Below are positions 1 through 12,870 of a DNA stretch of 64,000 bases, in pieces; position 1 is the first letter of the stretch, and the number at the start of each line of letters is the position of its first letter. The stretch covers positions 32,922,001 through 32,986,000 of the forward strand of contig JBHGNT010000001.1 in NCBI GenBank assembly GCA_043228905.1, written 5' to 3'. Both the position numbers and the translations under genes were made by a program. The notes under the pieces were generated by a model. The model did not search any database and was not told the DNA's origin. It worked only from the letters and a program-made list of their open reading frames with translations. This DNA is from Azolla caroliniana (taxonomy: Eukaryota > Plantae > Polypodiophyta).

Positions 1-819
1 GAAGACCCATCAAATGCAATCAATGACATCAGAACTCCAGATGTATCAGGTCAGACAGCTCTCTATGCACCCATCTCATTACAAGGTTTCACTGTACTCT
101 TGCTTAGAGGTAACATTTTATGGCAAAACATTTAATCCTCAAACATCTTTATGGTGGTGTTGAGTTGTGTTCACACTACATGCTTATTCTTTGTTTAGTT
201 TACAATGTGTCTGGTCTCAACATTTAATCCATCTAGACAATGGGTTTGTCAACCTTGTTGTTGACAAATAAAGTCTATTATCTCCAGATTCCAAAGGTAC
301 TCTCGTAAGACACACCTGTAGTACACATAAAACAAGATTTTGTTACTCAAAGATGTACAAAGACACCCTGTGGGCTGTCCTGATGATCAGAGACACTAAG
401 TACATGTGAAATCTATAATAAATACAAAAATTCTGTGTTTGGTCCCTTACTCCATGAAGATGCAACCTCTTGAGCGAATGTGTGATGGGTACTACGATAT
501 TTCAGCTAAAAATTTGTAATCCCATAAATGGCGTATGATTGTGTATTATATAGTAATAATCGGTTGTCTAACTAATTGATCCTGTAGCTGAATCATTGTA
601 GTTGACCGAGTTGGACAATACTATCTTATATTTTTTCACATCACCAACTAGCCATGCAATTCTGATGTGAAATACACCACATTCTACAATTGAAGGGTAT
701 AATGCATCTTTGAACCAATCCTAGAGCAGTCGGATTAGAACTGGAAGCATTCTGTTTTTGAATATCTCGTGCACCTTATATATATATCAATGTTAATTCT
801 TATTTGAACTTTGGTGCAG

Positions 820-1020
820 GGTCAAGTGAAGGAGCATTCAGCTGAAATAAAAAGGTTGAATGCAGAACTTGATGGAATAAAGCATAAGCTCTATGAAAAG
901 AAATCAAAAGAACAAAAACAAAAGCAAAAGATCAGAGATGCAAATCAATTAACAGGGCTTAATACAGAGGGTCCATCACATCCGAAAGTTCTAGGTGGTG
1001 GATTCAACATGGGGTTATGA
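820..1020 (+). CDS. CFAP58: Last coding exon of a cilia- and flagella-associated protein 58 (CCDC147)-like coiled-coil gene; upstream exons not identified (probably left of the window)
   Basis: The acceptor ttggtgcag|G opens a phase-0 exon at 820, encoding GQVKEHSAEIKRLNAELDGIKHKLYEKKSKEQ...PKVLGGGFNMGL*. A coiled coil followed by a terminal P-x-x-x-GGGF motif resembles the CFAP58 C-terminus as I recall it (..EYKYEVEKLTNELQNLKKKYLAQKRKEQ...PGFTGGGF). Only one exon is visible. Confidence 0.65.
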   Translation, partial: GQVKEHSAEIKRLNAELDGIKHKLYEKKSKEQKQKQKIRDANQLTGLNTEGPSHPKVLGGGFNMGL

Positions 1021-1854
1021 AAATTTTTCTTGTTGGTTTTGCTGGCAATCAGAAATTTAAGGTATGATGAAACACAGTTTAATACTCAATGCTTCTGACT
1101 TTATTTTCAATTGTTGAATCTGATTATTTTAATATTTCTGATTTTTATCCAACAGGTCTACTGTTAAATGTTGACCACGAGTGGTTTGAACTTTGCTTCA
1201 CCAATCAGCAAACCATTGTACAACATTCTCATACCCAAGATTGGGGTAGGCACCTTTTGTGACATGTTGATCTCATTCAATTAATACTTGATAGAGCCCA
1301 TACATATGAATGATGAGAATGTCAGAAATCATATATTTAATTGTTTGACAGTTGAGAGATATCGGTATGTTCTTTGCTATAGAGTGTCATCTAATTTCAT
1401 GTGTTCCGGGCAGCCACGAACTTTGGATTGCAAAGACACAACAGCATTTTGTCAATACATATTTATATTTATATTTAAGTAATGTATTATTTGTAAATAT
1501 ATATATTTATATATTTAAGGCATTAAGCTATTAGAAAAAGAACAAAAGATATATGAGAGCGAGACAAACAGAGAAAATTCTGCATTTATGGATAACACCC
1601 CTAACTGTTATTTTAGAGAGACAATGGGCGCAGCAACTACATGTCCAATTTCAAGCCTTAATGAAATCATGGATGCACATGATAAAGTGTCCCTACTGAT
1701 TATGTTGCCCATGTAATGGTGCATTGTTACTTGTGAGCGTTGTAATTTGTTGGGGGTTTTGTTACTTATGATAGCGTCTTGTCATCACACAGCCCCTTGT
1801 GAAATATAGCCCCTTGTGTCAATTTTGTTGTAATGATGTTTACTTTTGAAGTAT

Positions 1855-2160
1855 AGTGAAAATAGATCGTATGATATTTAGGATATGCTGTTGGAGGTTC
1901 ATACAATTTTACAAAGATAATCTTTGGAAATTTTGGAATTGAAAATCTTTGACAATGTTGGCAACACGTCCTAATTAATGTGCAAGACCACAATTTGGAG
2001 TCAATTTAGTGAAAATAGATCGTATGATATTTAGGATATGTTGTTGGAGGTTCATACAATTTTACAAAGATAATCTTTGGAAATTTTGGAATTGAAAATC
2101 TTTGACAATGTTGGCAACACGTCCTATTTAATGTGCAAGACCACAATTTGGAGTCAATTT
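1855..2160. repeat. Direct tandem duplication, 2 x 153 bp
   Basis: agtgaaaatagatcgtatga...ggagtcaattt at 1855-2007 and 2008-2160; two substitutions seen. Confidence 0.95.
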
Positions 2161-3198
2161 TGAATTTTATTTATTTGCCACACCAAGCAAGACATGCTCA
2201 ACTTTAACAACTTTGTCAATACACATTTCGTAATAGCAATTTACTTAGAAGATGAACTCCAGGTGTATGGTATAATTTCGAAAGACAGACTCTCGGTCAA
2301 CCAACACATTGTATTGTACCTTCCAATGATTCAGAGAGAAGGACCATTAGGTCTTTTTCAGGATTTCCCATAGAGTAAACAAGTTTTTGCCATTTTTTAT
2401 GTTTTTGCTTGGTTCATAGTAAATAGCTCCCAAATCATGACTATTCGATCAATTAATCTATTTCAAGGTGAAATTAATCTATTTCAAGATATTACATTGG
2501 TGAATCATTTGACCTCAACTAAACCATGGTGACATTATTGAAAACTTTTTGAATCTTAATAAATAGGCTTTACAGGAGTAATCCTAATATATGGGCACGA
2601 CTCATTTCTCACGTATCATCAACAAACCAATCAACAGCATTATACATGAAATGCAACAAGAAATTATAGTGAATGGTAGATAACTTATTCTACAAGAATG
2701 ATGTGTTTAGTGTATCCAATATAAAAATCTGTTGAAGTGAAATCTGAATGCAGAATCCTTAGTATAACTGCAACTTCCAGACTAACATGGGTACTGCGTT
2801 TTAGCCAAAAATAAGAACCAAAAACTTTTTTGACATAGCGGTTTTAACGTCTCAACCTCATAGCTCAACAAACAACTAAACAAGTTTTTAACAATGCTGA
2901 TATCTTACATACAACGAGGATGGGGACTTTCCATTCCGACATCCCCACAGAAAACTAAGCACGCCTGAGTTTGTGAATAACATGATTTATGCTACTGAAG
3001 TAGTTCTATAATCATCACAACAAACTGGTTCAACTTAATTTAAAAAAATATATCCAGAAATGCATCCTACTCCCTTCATTAGGAGATCTCTCCTACTGAA
3101 CTTTGAAGTATAGAAAACATTACCAGATAGAAACTCAGCAGAATTGAATGGCAAAGATGTGAACAAGTATTGTTGGTTCCTTCAGAAAATTGTCACAA

Positions 3199-6100
3199 TC
3201 AAGTCGACATATATTGGTCACAGGTCTGCAAAGCCTGAGCAGCAAAATATCTCACATCAACATCTGGATCCTCACTTAGCTCTATCAGACAAGGCCGAAT
3301 GCTTTGCTCCACAACCTATAGAAGAGAAGAGCAATGATGTAGTATCCAGTTCAATTGTTGCAAAACAATCCAACCAAAAGTAAATAAATCCGCAAGTTTC
3401 TGAGAGATTGTTTTAGAGTTAGGTGAACAAATGAAATGAATACAGTAAATCAGCTTCTGTATAGAACATGTGCATACATAGATAGCAGTACACATATTTT
3501 GGCAGCTAACTGTTATGCACATCTTTCTTCATATCAAAGAAATTAGGATTTGCTTTGAGTGAGATTGCTTCTCTCATACAAATCCGCAATGTAATTGGGA
3601 TGAAATAATGAGGTTTGATTTGTATGAGAAACAACCCAATTAAAACAAAAATGCAATGATGCTTTCAGAACAAAAATGAGTGGTCCTCAATCATAATATA
3701 CATAATACACATGCATCTCTCTATGTTCCTTGCAGATCTATACTTGTGTTTCACGGCCACTGATCACAAACAATAAATACTTGTGCATAAACCGTACAAA
3801 GCCCAATAAGAAAAATCAATATTAATCAAGTTTGAATTGAAAAATGAGGAGTTACCGTCGCATCCACAACAGACGTCAAAGCTTGTAAAACTTTAGCCAC
3901 ATTAAATTTGATGTTTGGCACCCTACAGTAATGCCATAAACTGTGAGTCAAACTCAAATCGAAATTTGCGGAAAACGAGAACTAAATTCTTTGCTCACTA
4001 ATCCAGATATCCTAACTTATTCTCCATGAAGCTACATTCTTTCTATCATTTTTGAGCTCTTCGACTATAGTCACAGAACAGTTCGAAAATCTGTCCATTT
4101 TGGGAGGAATGTAGAGTCCAATACAACCCCTACAGTTTTTTTGAATAAGAAGTTATTGGCATACCTATCCTTTGCAGCCTCAATGACCACAGGAAGCATA
4201 GTTTGACATGTTACTTCAGCTCCCATCACTGGAGCAAGTAGTGATATAGCATTTAAAATAGTCATTCGATATAGATAATGACCATTATTAATCATCTCAA
4301 GAACCTGGCAAAAGAAGAACCTGTAGTTAAGCAGTACAGATTTCTGCAGGTAATGCTACTCAGACAGACATGAAAATTTTGTACCAATACATATATTTTG
4401 AACTCACTTCAATAACAACCTTTTAACTTGTGTGCTTACAGGTAAAACAATAGAAGTGGCACACTGATTGTTATCTTGCATATAGTTGAGCGACTCAATT
4501 GAAAAAGCAGTGAAATGAGGTTTAAAATGCTAAGGATCATTGAAATGAAAATTACACAAGTAAAAGATGGAATGCCTCTAGAAACAATACCTGGGGAACA
4601 ATGTGTTGCATAGCCCATTCAGGCCCAAATTCCTCTGCTAGCCTTTTAAGATTATTAGCAGCAGCTTCTCTTATGGAAAATACCTGCATGTTGAATTTGT
4701 ATCCTTCAATACTGATAGATAAGTATATAAAACAGTGTGTATGTCTGTACAAAAAAGAGTACACGAATGATAACAATGGAACATAAGGTGTCTATATGAT
4801 CCCATAACACAAAGTGGTGAGAAATAAAAGTTCCATAATCTAGCTTGTGGCGATATGCCCAGGGTAGTACAATGATAAAATGAATACAATGATGAAATGA
4901 AACCACAATATACCTAGCTTCAGCATGCAATGATCTATGGACAAAGAATGAAATATCCAGGTGAACATGGTGTGAATATGGCTGACAGGTAGCTTCCCAT
5001 AGTACAAGGTGATGAGAAACAACTCCCTGATATAGCTTGTGGCGATATGGCCAGGGTAGCACAATGATAAAATGAATGCAATTATGAGAGAAAACCACAA
5101 TATACCTAGTTTCAGCCTGTAATAATCCGTGGACAAAGAATGATATATACAGGTGTGAACATAGTGTGATTATTGCTGACAGGTAGCCTCCCACAAGGAC
5201 TGCATCAGAAGCTGTTCCCGACATTGAGAAGATGGCAATGTGCACTCATATAATCTCTCTTAATCATGCCTTCATGCCTTTCAACTGGAAGCTTCATAGG
5301 CATAGTCTGTTGACGCTCTTTGAGGATGTTCCAGTTACCCATACTTGTATAGTCTCTCCTACTGCTTGCTTAGATCATAAGCTCCAGAAGAGCTCATCAT
5401 CGTATCTTTGACTTTGGGGAATAGTCCCAGGGCAAGAATACATCTAACAATGGATGATGTAAGGACATAGATGCTATTTGGGTGGTGACTGTGGAAAAGA
5501 AGACAATAATATACATGGCCAATGCTACATAATAGAGAATGAGATGGTGCTGGGAACCTAATCTAAGTACATGGCATCATGGAGACTAGCATGAATCATA
5601 TTTGGCAAGGTTCTCACAGAATCATCATCTGTGATGGTGCATACAATCTCGGGATTTTTTAATCAAGGATATGCATGAGTGGTGACCAGCTTTAGCATTG
5701 AAATTCCCATAAGGAAGACGTCCCCAAAGGTGAAATACTCCACATACCCTCTGCCAAGCATGGGTATGGGACACCTTCGCTCCGCCCACTTCCTTCTATG
5801 TCATAGCAAATCTAGAGCATGAGGCAAAATCATGTAAGGCAATGTATAAAGTTTGATCCTCTGCAAGCGCTAGATTGGTTCGCAAGAAACTTGCAATTGG
5901 TTTATGAGCAACAAGTCATATCCATTTGACTTACTCTCTAAAGAGAATGGCCAGACTGTATGAATTGTTCCACCATGTACAATTTCACCGGGATCAAGGT
6001 CTGACCCAAATTACACAGATGCCATAGACAGTCTCACTGAAAACCATGTACCCTGAGTAGGCCTCTCTGGAGGCTCTCATCCATCTCTTTTGAGAAATAT

Positions 6101-9100
6101 GATATCTCAACCACCCATCACATCCATGAGTCACTCTGAATCCATCCATTAGATCTTCATTGCAGTCCTAAACATCAACCTGATGCTCCTAGTTTTGTGT
6201 TCCACAGGCCAGGAGTTCCTATGTGATGAGTTTCCATCAATGACGAATCCCTATCACGGTAGTTGGTTCTCTTCCCTTATGTTCTCGGTCCACTTCAGGC
6301 ATGCAAACTCTCCTAAGAGTGACATTGAATTTGGTGAGGTTATCATCAAGGTAAACAAGCAGCCCTTTAAGGCCAAGTGGGATCATTTGCTTGGGATTGA
6401 GGTACTTCTTACCTCTTCGGATCAAGGTTGTTAGGTACGTTAGATACGGTACGGATACCATACGTATATAACATATTAATACGCGTATAGTACCTCCCAA
6501 TTTAAAAATACGTTAAATACGTTTTTTAATATGTTAATACTTATAAAATACGTATAGTACGTTAAATACTTCTAGAATTTGAAAAATTATTTATCTTTCT
6601 AAAAAATATTTATAATATTGTAAAAAGCATCTATGTTTACACACTTTTGTGATGTACATTATAGTTCTATATCCTAAAACGCATATAAGACATTTGAACA
6701 TTTCACATCCTAAAATACTTATAATATGGATGTCGACATTCACTTATTCTATAAATCAATGTAAGTGTGTATCGCGATGTTCTACTTCAAATTGTAATTA
6801 TTTACGATTATGCCTTCATAGATTGAGGAATCATCTACGATTATTACACTCAAGATAGGTTTCTGTCGTCTTTTCTCTCTTCTTCTACTTCTTCTATCTT
6901 CTATGATTATCACACTCAGAGTCAGGACAGGTTTCTGTCTTCTTTTCTCTCTTTTTCTTCTTTTTCTTCTTTTTCTTTTTCTTCTTCTTCGTCCATCATC
7001 ATCTCTTCTATTCTTCTTTTTGCTTCTTTTTCACTAAAATCTTTTTTTTCTATTGCTTTTTGTTGGGGTTTTTCTTCTTATAAATACATATTATACCTGT
7101 TTTTTCAAATGTACGTTAAATATTGTATTGGACAAATATACATGATCTTTGACTGAACAACATTGAGGTATAGTACGTACTATACAAATTATGAGGTACT
7201 ACACGTATTTAAATGTTAAATACGGGTACGTAAACAACCATACTTCAGATGGAAATTGGAGGATGAGGGATTCTGCCTAGCTTTACGTGCTTTTCAACAA
7301 ATAGAAACAGATCTCCATTCACATGGCCAGGTTACATGTGTGCTTCTCCACCACCTACCTACCTGAGGCGTATATATGTTCTCAACAATCCTAGTGACCC
7401 CAATGTTAAATTGACAGACATGTCACATTCTTCTTGGTTAGTGCGTACAATAGCCTTGGTTAGTTTCCTCTTTTTGTGCAACAAACTTGGTTTCTTGATT
7501 GTTATTTTCGATTCCTCTTTCTCAATCTCAATCCAATCCTTCTTGAGCTCCCCTTTGATATCTCTCTATCATCACATTTGTGTAAGTTCATGTATTCAAT
7601 GTTGAATAATTGAAGCTCTTTCAAAATAATACCTTGGCATATGCATGTGGGTTGGAGCTCTTTTCCAAGTTCTTGATTTTTTTTCTCAAGAATGTATGTG
7701 CACTTTCCAGAGCAATAACCTTACAAGTCTAACACATTGAGTGCAGAGCCACTATGTTTCTTGTTCATGTCTTCTACTTTTGAGAGTTTCCTTGACTTTT
7801 CTTGTCATCCTAGAGGAAAGTTTAATTGAAGATTAACAATGAAGATGGGAAAAAGACATGGACAGGGGGAATAGGGCTCAATATCACTTCAGAGAGAAGA
7901 AGGGCAAGTGACCATACATCTGGTTAGTTTTGGACAATTACAAGGATCTCTTCTACGTTTTGGTCTGTTCAAGTGAGTTGGAGTATCAAATGATATATTT
8001 GAGACAAAACCTCTACTGAAACTAAACATCATTCGAATATATTTGACAGAACATAGGATTATTTCAATTGGAGAAATAGTCTCTTATTTTCCTTTAAGCA
8101 GAAGCTTACCTGATCACCAAGCCACTGCATGCATAAGGCTCCAAGTTTATCATCAAAGAAATCAACGCCCAATTGGCTTGCTAACAGAGGAATATACTCA
8201 ATTATTGCAAGTCGAACTCGCCAATGCTTGTCTTCTGCCAGTTCTACAATTGCAGGTAGAAGAGACTGTGAAAGCAAATCAATACCAATAACCTGCACAC
8301 AAGAACAGCTGCCATTTAACCCTCAATTTTCTTTGATAGTTATTCATACAATGTTTAGTTCCAAAGTTGAGCAAACATATAAACTCTCAGGTTTTCAAAC
8401 ATTGCTCGACTCTCATCATTGAATATAAACCATTGCAAAGTAGCATATTCTAAGCTTTATCATTACTGTACAAATATGTCTGACACAATACTGTGTACAT
8501 TGGGAGAGAGAGAGAGAGATGAAATGAACAAAAATTAACATAGTTAAAAACAAAAAATTTAGACCCTGGCTTTAAAATCCGTACCTGATTAACTTGGTCA
8601 AGCTTGCTAATTATATTCAACCGCACATCCGGAAATTCATCTTTCAAGAGTGAAAGAAAGATAGGCAGCAGTTGCTCAATTGTGGCTTCCTAAAAGAAAA
8701 GTATCACACAAAAAGAATATAAAACAGAAGATCCGGTAAGGCAAGCCAAAAGATGTCAAGAAATAACCATACTTTCCCTAGAATAGGAGCCATGCCCATG
8801 ATGACTGATGCAAGGGCAGCCCGGACATGTTGTGATGAGTCAGATGCCAAGTCCTATCATTGATATGTACAATATTTAAAGTCGATTATGAGGTTTCAAA
8901 ACAATTCTCTCAACATAACATAAAAGAGTTTGGCTTACCTTAACACAGGGGAGTATAGATTGAATTGCAAGTGGAAAGCTCACAATCTTGCAGAACTTGG
9001 TCACCTTTCCAGCAGCAGCAATTCTTACTTCAGCCTCATTGTCACGGAGCAAGCGTACATAAGCTGGTACTAGTTCAGCCCTGACACATGAGCCAAATAA

Positions 9101-10683
9101 GAATGTTTATGGTTAACTGAAAAGAGTGTGCTAAACATTCATTAAAACTACACTAAACAAACTCACTAACATTGTTGATTCGGGACCCACTGCCTCACAG
9201 AGGTCATACAACTGATTGGCAACCATGTATCGCACCCTCCATGATTTATCCTGATATAGTCATGCATAAGGAAACATCCACCCCATAAACATACGACAAA
9301 ATCAATGTCTGATGAAGTTAAATATTATGTTATAGATATACACACAAACCTGAGAAAAACTGATTATAACAGGTAGAATGCTTGCAACACAATCCTGTGG
9401 TTCCAAAAGCTTGCCTAATGCAGCACACCCCTCGACTGCAAGAATCCTTACAGAATCCTGAACTGCAAGTCATTAGAATTTGTAAGACATATAATAGCAA
9501 AGTAGCAGTAGTACGATAAAACTTAGGATTCGAACACTCCAGTTTCATTCAGAATGCAGATTCATGTGAACAAAAAGTACCATCTTGAGTCAAGTCCCTA
9601 AAAAAGGACAGGATCTCTGACTTGAGATATGAAGGCTCAACAGTCGCAGCAAATTTGCCCAGATTTGAGGCAGCTGATCGTCTCACCATTGGCAAATCAT
9701 CATGACAAAGTTGATTGTATACTGCTCGTAAATCAGAACGAAGCACTTCTCTAGCACTCGGATATGCAATATGAAAGAGCCCACAAGCAGATACACGTGC
9801 TGTGAACCATTCACCAGCCCCAAGCCTCTACACAGGGAATTACAGTAGTACACAACTTGGTGAGTCGGTAGAGGTTTCCAGATAAATGCATTTTTCACTA
9901 TATATACATACATACATACATACATATATATATATATATCATTTTATTTGCTAAATGCAAAGTGAGAGAGAACATCACAAAACTCAATTAGAACAGAAAA
10001 GGTTAGGAAAACCTTGAGTATTTCATTATTTTCCCTATATTTTCCAGATAAATGCATTTTTCACTATATATATATATATATATATCATTTTATTTGCTAA
10101 ATGCAATGTGAGAGAGAACATCACAAAATTCAATTAGAACGGAAAAGGTTAGGAAAACCTTGAGTATTTCATTAGGAAAAGGCCTCTAGATGGTATGTGG
10201 CGAAACAATACACAGTCAAGGGCAGAGAATAAAGAAAACTCAGGGTATTTTGAAGCTTTTCTCATTAAAACTGGAGAGATCAATATCTACCTTCACCAGT
10301 GGAACAAACCATTCAGCTAAATCTCCCTCTTTCATTTGAGATCCAATCCGGCATAGAGATTCCACAGCCTTGTCTCTAACAACTGTTTCTTCTACAGTGC
10401 AAAGTGTTTCGAGAGGAGATAACAGGACATGTGCATACTCTACACCACCAACATAAGGAATAAATGCACCTAGCTCTTCAGCCATAGCCAGTAGAACTTC
10501 ATCATCATCATCATTATTTTCATTTAGAAAGGGAATCAACTCTTTTCTTGTCCTCTCCTCTCCAAGAGCTCGGGCAATGGTGGATAAACGTCGTATAGAA
10601 TTAAGTCGCAATTGAATGTCATCATTCTTCAATTCATCAATAAGAATTGCTATTGGATACAACGGTTCGTCGACCATGGCCAT
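3199..10683 (-). CDS. PP2AA: Serine/threonine protein phosphatase 2A 65-kDa regulatory (scaffold) subunit A, HEAT repeats, 586 aa
   Basis: Coding exons (minus strand): 10683-10291, 9827-9581, 9462-9350, 9250-9171, 9080-8939, 8853-8773, 8689-8585, 8292-8110, 4683-4591, 4304-4165, 3922-3856, 3315-3199. All introns are GT-AG, phases are consistent, total 1761 nt. Protein [52 protein letters not shown]...[13 protein letters not shown]...[47 protein letters not shown]...[10 protein letters not shown]...[11 protein letters not shown] is nearly identical to plant PP2A-A (RCN1/PDF1/PDF2 family). Confidence 0.98.
4841..5195. repeat. Diverged 192-bp tandem repeat (about 2 copies) in PP2A-A intron 8
   Basis: tagcttgtggcgatatg starts at 4841 and 5033; gctgacaggtagc recurs at about 4981 and 5174. 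The period is a multiple of 3, which helps explain ORFs 4706-5245 and 4840-5136. Confidence 0.85.
5200..7950. mobile_element. Probable decayed transposable-element remnant filling PP2A-A intron 8 (4684-8109), interrupted by the hAT element
   Basis: This 3.4-kb intron is several times longer than any other intron between PP2A-A coding exons (all under about 550 bp). It has higher GC and broken coding-like stretches that continue across the hAT insertion. No diagnostic domain was recognised. Confidence 0.35.
6423..7242. mobile_element. Non-autonomous hAT-type DNA transposon (MITE-like), 820 bp
   Basis: Termini CAAGGTTGTT (6423-6432) and AACAACCATA (7233-7242) form an imperfect inverted repeat. 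They are flanked by an 8-bp TSD: CTTCGGAT (6415-6422) / CTTCAGAT (7243-7250). Both ends carry dense subterminal TACG/CGTA motifs; the interior is AT-rich and non-coding. Confidence 0.85.
9875..10174. repeat. Duplication of about 140-155 bp (2 copies) containing a (TA)/(TACA) microsatellite, in the PP2A-A intron after coding exon 1
   Basis: tttccagataaatgcatttttcacta...ggaaaaccttgagtatttcatta at 9875-10028 and 10041-10174; the copies differ mainly in microsatellite length. Confidence 0.9.
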
Positions 10684-11304
10684 TTACTTCCCTGAAATCA
10701 ATGGAGTTAATTATTGTGACGAAGGAATCATTACCAAAAACTGGACTTCAGTGCAATGAGAAAAGGAATACTTACTGAAACGTTCACACTGCCTTCCTCA
10801 GTTTACTTAAATAATCTACAGTAAATTTATGCTACAATCTGCAAAAAGGAAATGTGCACATCAAATTTTGAACCAAATGTAGCACAAGCAAAAAAGCAGA
10901 AGAAGGGTGTCAACATATACAACAAAGAAAGTACATTATGGTTTGCCTACCGTAAGAATGGCTACCTATCATATAGGGGGTCATTACAGATTGAACAGAA
11001 ATACATCCATTGAAAACATATAAGGAAAGGGATTCTTAATCTCGTACTTTGCAATCTACAGATAGAATCAAGACATCTTATTAACATTGACATGGAGGAA
11101 ATTTGTTATCTGATTCATTGGGTTAATTAATTGATTAAGAGAGTTCCATCCCAACACTCTAGCATTAAATTTGTGTTCATTACTGACGTTCATTGGATTA
11201 TTAGTTGATTAGAGAAGTTTGTTGCTAATATTCTTGCATGAATTTGTGTTAATTAGTCATGTTCATTTGGTTATTATAAAAGCTGCAGATTCTGGTCCTA
11301 ACAC

Positions 11305-11832
11305 TGTTGGCCGGTCCGGACAGCCAAGGTGTGAAAAAGGGCCAGGCCATACGGACAAGCGCAGGTCGAAACCAATACGGGTGGGGCCAGACAGGTGGCT
11401 GACACAAGGGGAGCTTATGTAACTTATGTAAATGATTAGATGGAATAGTAACGGTTTTACGTTCTTGACGTAACTGGCCAAGCTCCCTATAAAAAGAGAC
11501 ATGTAGTCTTGTAAAATGGTTACCGGTTGTATTGAGTCAGTCTTCTAATAGAATCTCTGTTTGCTTATACTTGGTCTCTGGGTTCTGAGAGACTCTTTTA
11601 AAACTGTGTACTGTAATTAACCAATCGGTGTAGCCGGCTCAGATCTTGTGTTCAAGCGCATACTATAGTCTGATCAGGTATAGTTCTGTGTGGAGGTACC
11701 TTTATACATCTGTGTGTAGCATTGCACTGCCAAGTGTGACCAGTCAGTATTTCCCATCCTTCAACCACAATACCTTGATCAGGATACCTAGGCAGTGAGT
11801 ATCCGACCCCGTGTTGCTCAGGAGCAGTAACA
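11305..11832 (+). mobile_element. Solo LTR of an LTR retrotransposon (528 bp) in the PP2A-A 5'-UTR intron
   Basis: Starts TGTTG and ends TAACA (TG...CA, TGTT/AACA inverted ends). Perfect 5-bp TSD AACAC at 11300-11304 and 11833-11837. Internal TATA-like CTATAAAAAG at about 11487. Confidence 0.88.
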
Positions 11833-12870
11833 AACACTCTTGCACAATTGTTCACCATGTTAAAATAATCCCATACCTAAGGACACCACTCACCCTGGTT
11901 CCTATTATCAAGGTCTTTGATTGCCCGGGATGTTTTTCCTTCAGTTACCCAATGTAAATTGTCTTAAAGATTGTTTTCTTTCAGTTATCTTCTATGAGTC
12001 CCCTGTACTGGAGAGGGCACTTCTCAATAAATTGATGTAGAAGGAGCTGATACATTGACAGATAGTATTATCTAGTCTTACAACAATCATAAAAATGTAG
12101 ATCACTTCCATTCCCATGGTATGCAAATGAAAATAACTGACGCTCTTGAGAGGATAAATAAGGCTTTGGAAACAGCCTATATGCATTCATAGAATGAAAA
12201 CATAATAATAATCAAGCCAGGATATGAAGTGTTTTTTGGGGGTTTTCTTGAGTTGATCAAACTGAGGTGTCCTTTTATGAAAATTTTGCATTTTTTCAAT
12301 ACCTAAATAAGCTACTAGCTGATGCATAGATCCTTACATAAACCACAGAAATTATGTCTAATGAAGAAAACTCGTGCCTTTCCAAACGGCATAGAGATAA
12401 TCAAGAATTTCTGTTCCCACAGACTGAAAAAAACAGGAGAAAAACTCCTTTCAAGCAGTATCGACCTAGCTGATGAGCTGCTAGCTGATACATAAATCTA
12501 TGAAAATAGATAGAACCATACATACTCTCAGATATCATAGAGATAACAAATAGTTTCTATTCCACATCCGGACAGTAGCTACAGATCCCTTAAGGAAAAA
12601 GAGGATCTTTATAAAACATCGCTATACGCACTTCTGCTCGTTTCAACATGTGCTTGCCTACACGCGTTAAAGAATGACCTATATCCTCGAGAATTTCAAA
12701 AAGTCCCATGTCTCTCTTCGTCGAGGATATGACAATTTCCACGAAGACAAGGGGAGCGGGAGGGGAAAAAATAAGAAGACGGATGGATGGATGGAAGTTT
12801 TAGGTGTGTGGGAAGAAGCAAGAATCCACGGGGTAGCAGAGAAACGGAGACGGAAAGAAGACGAACATAC

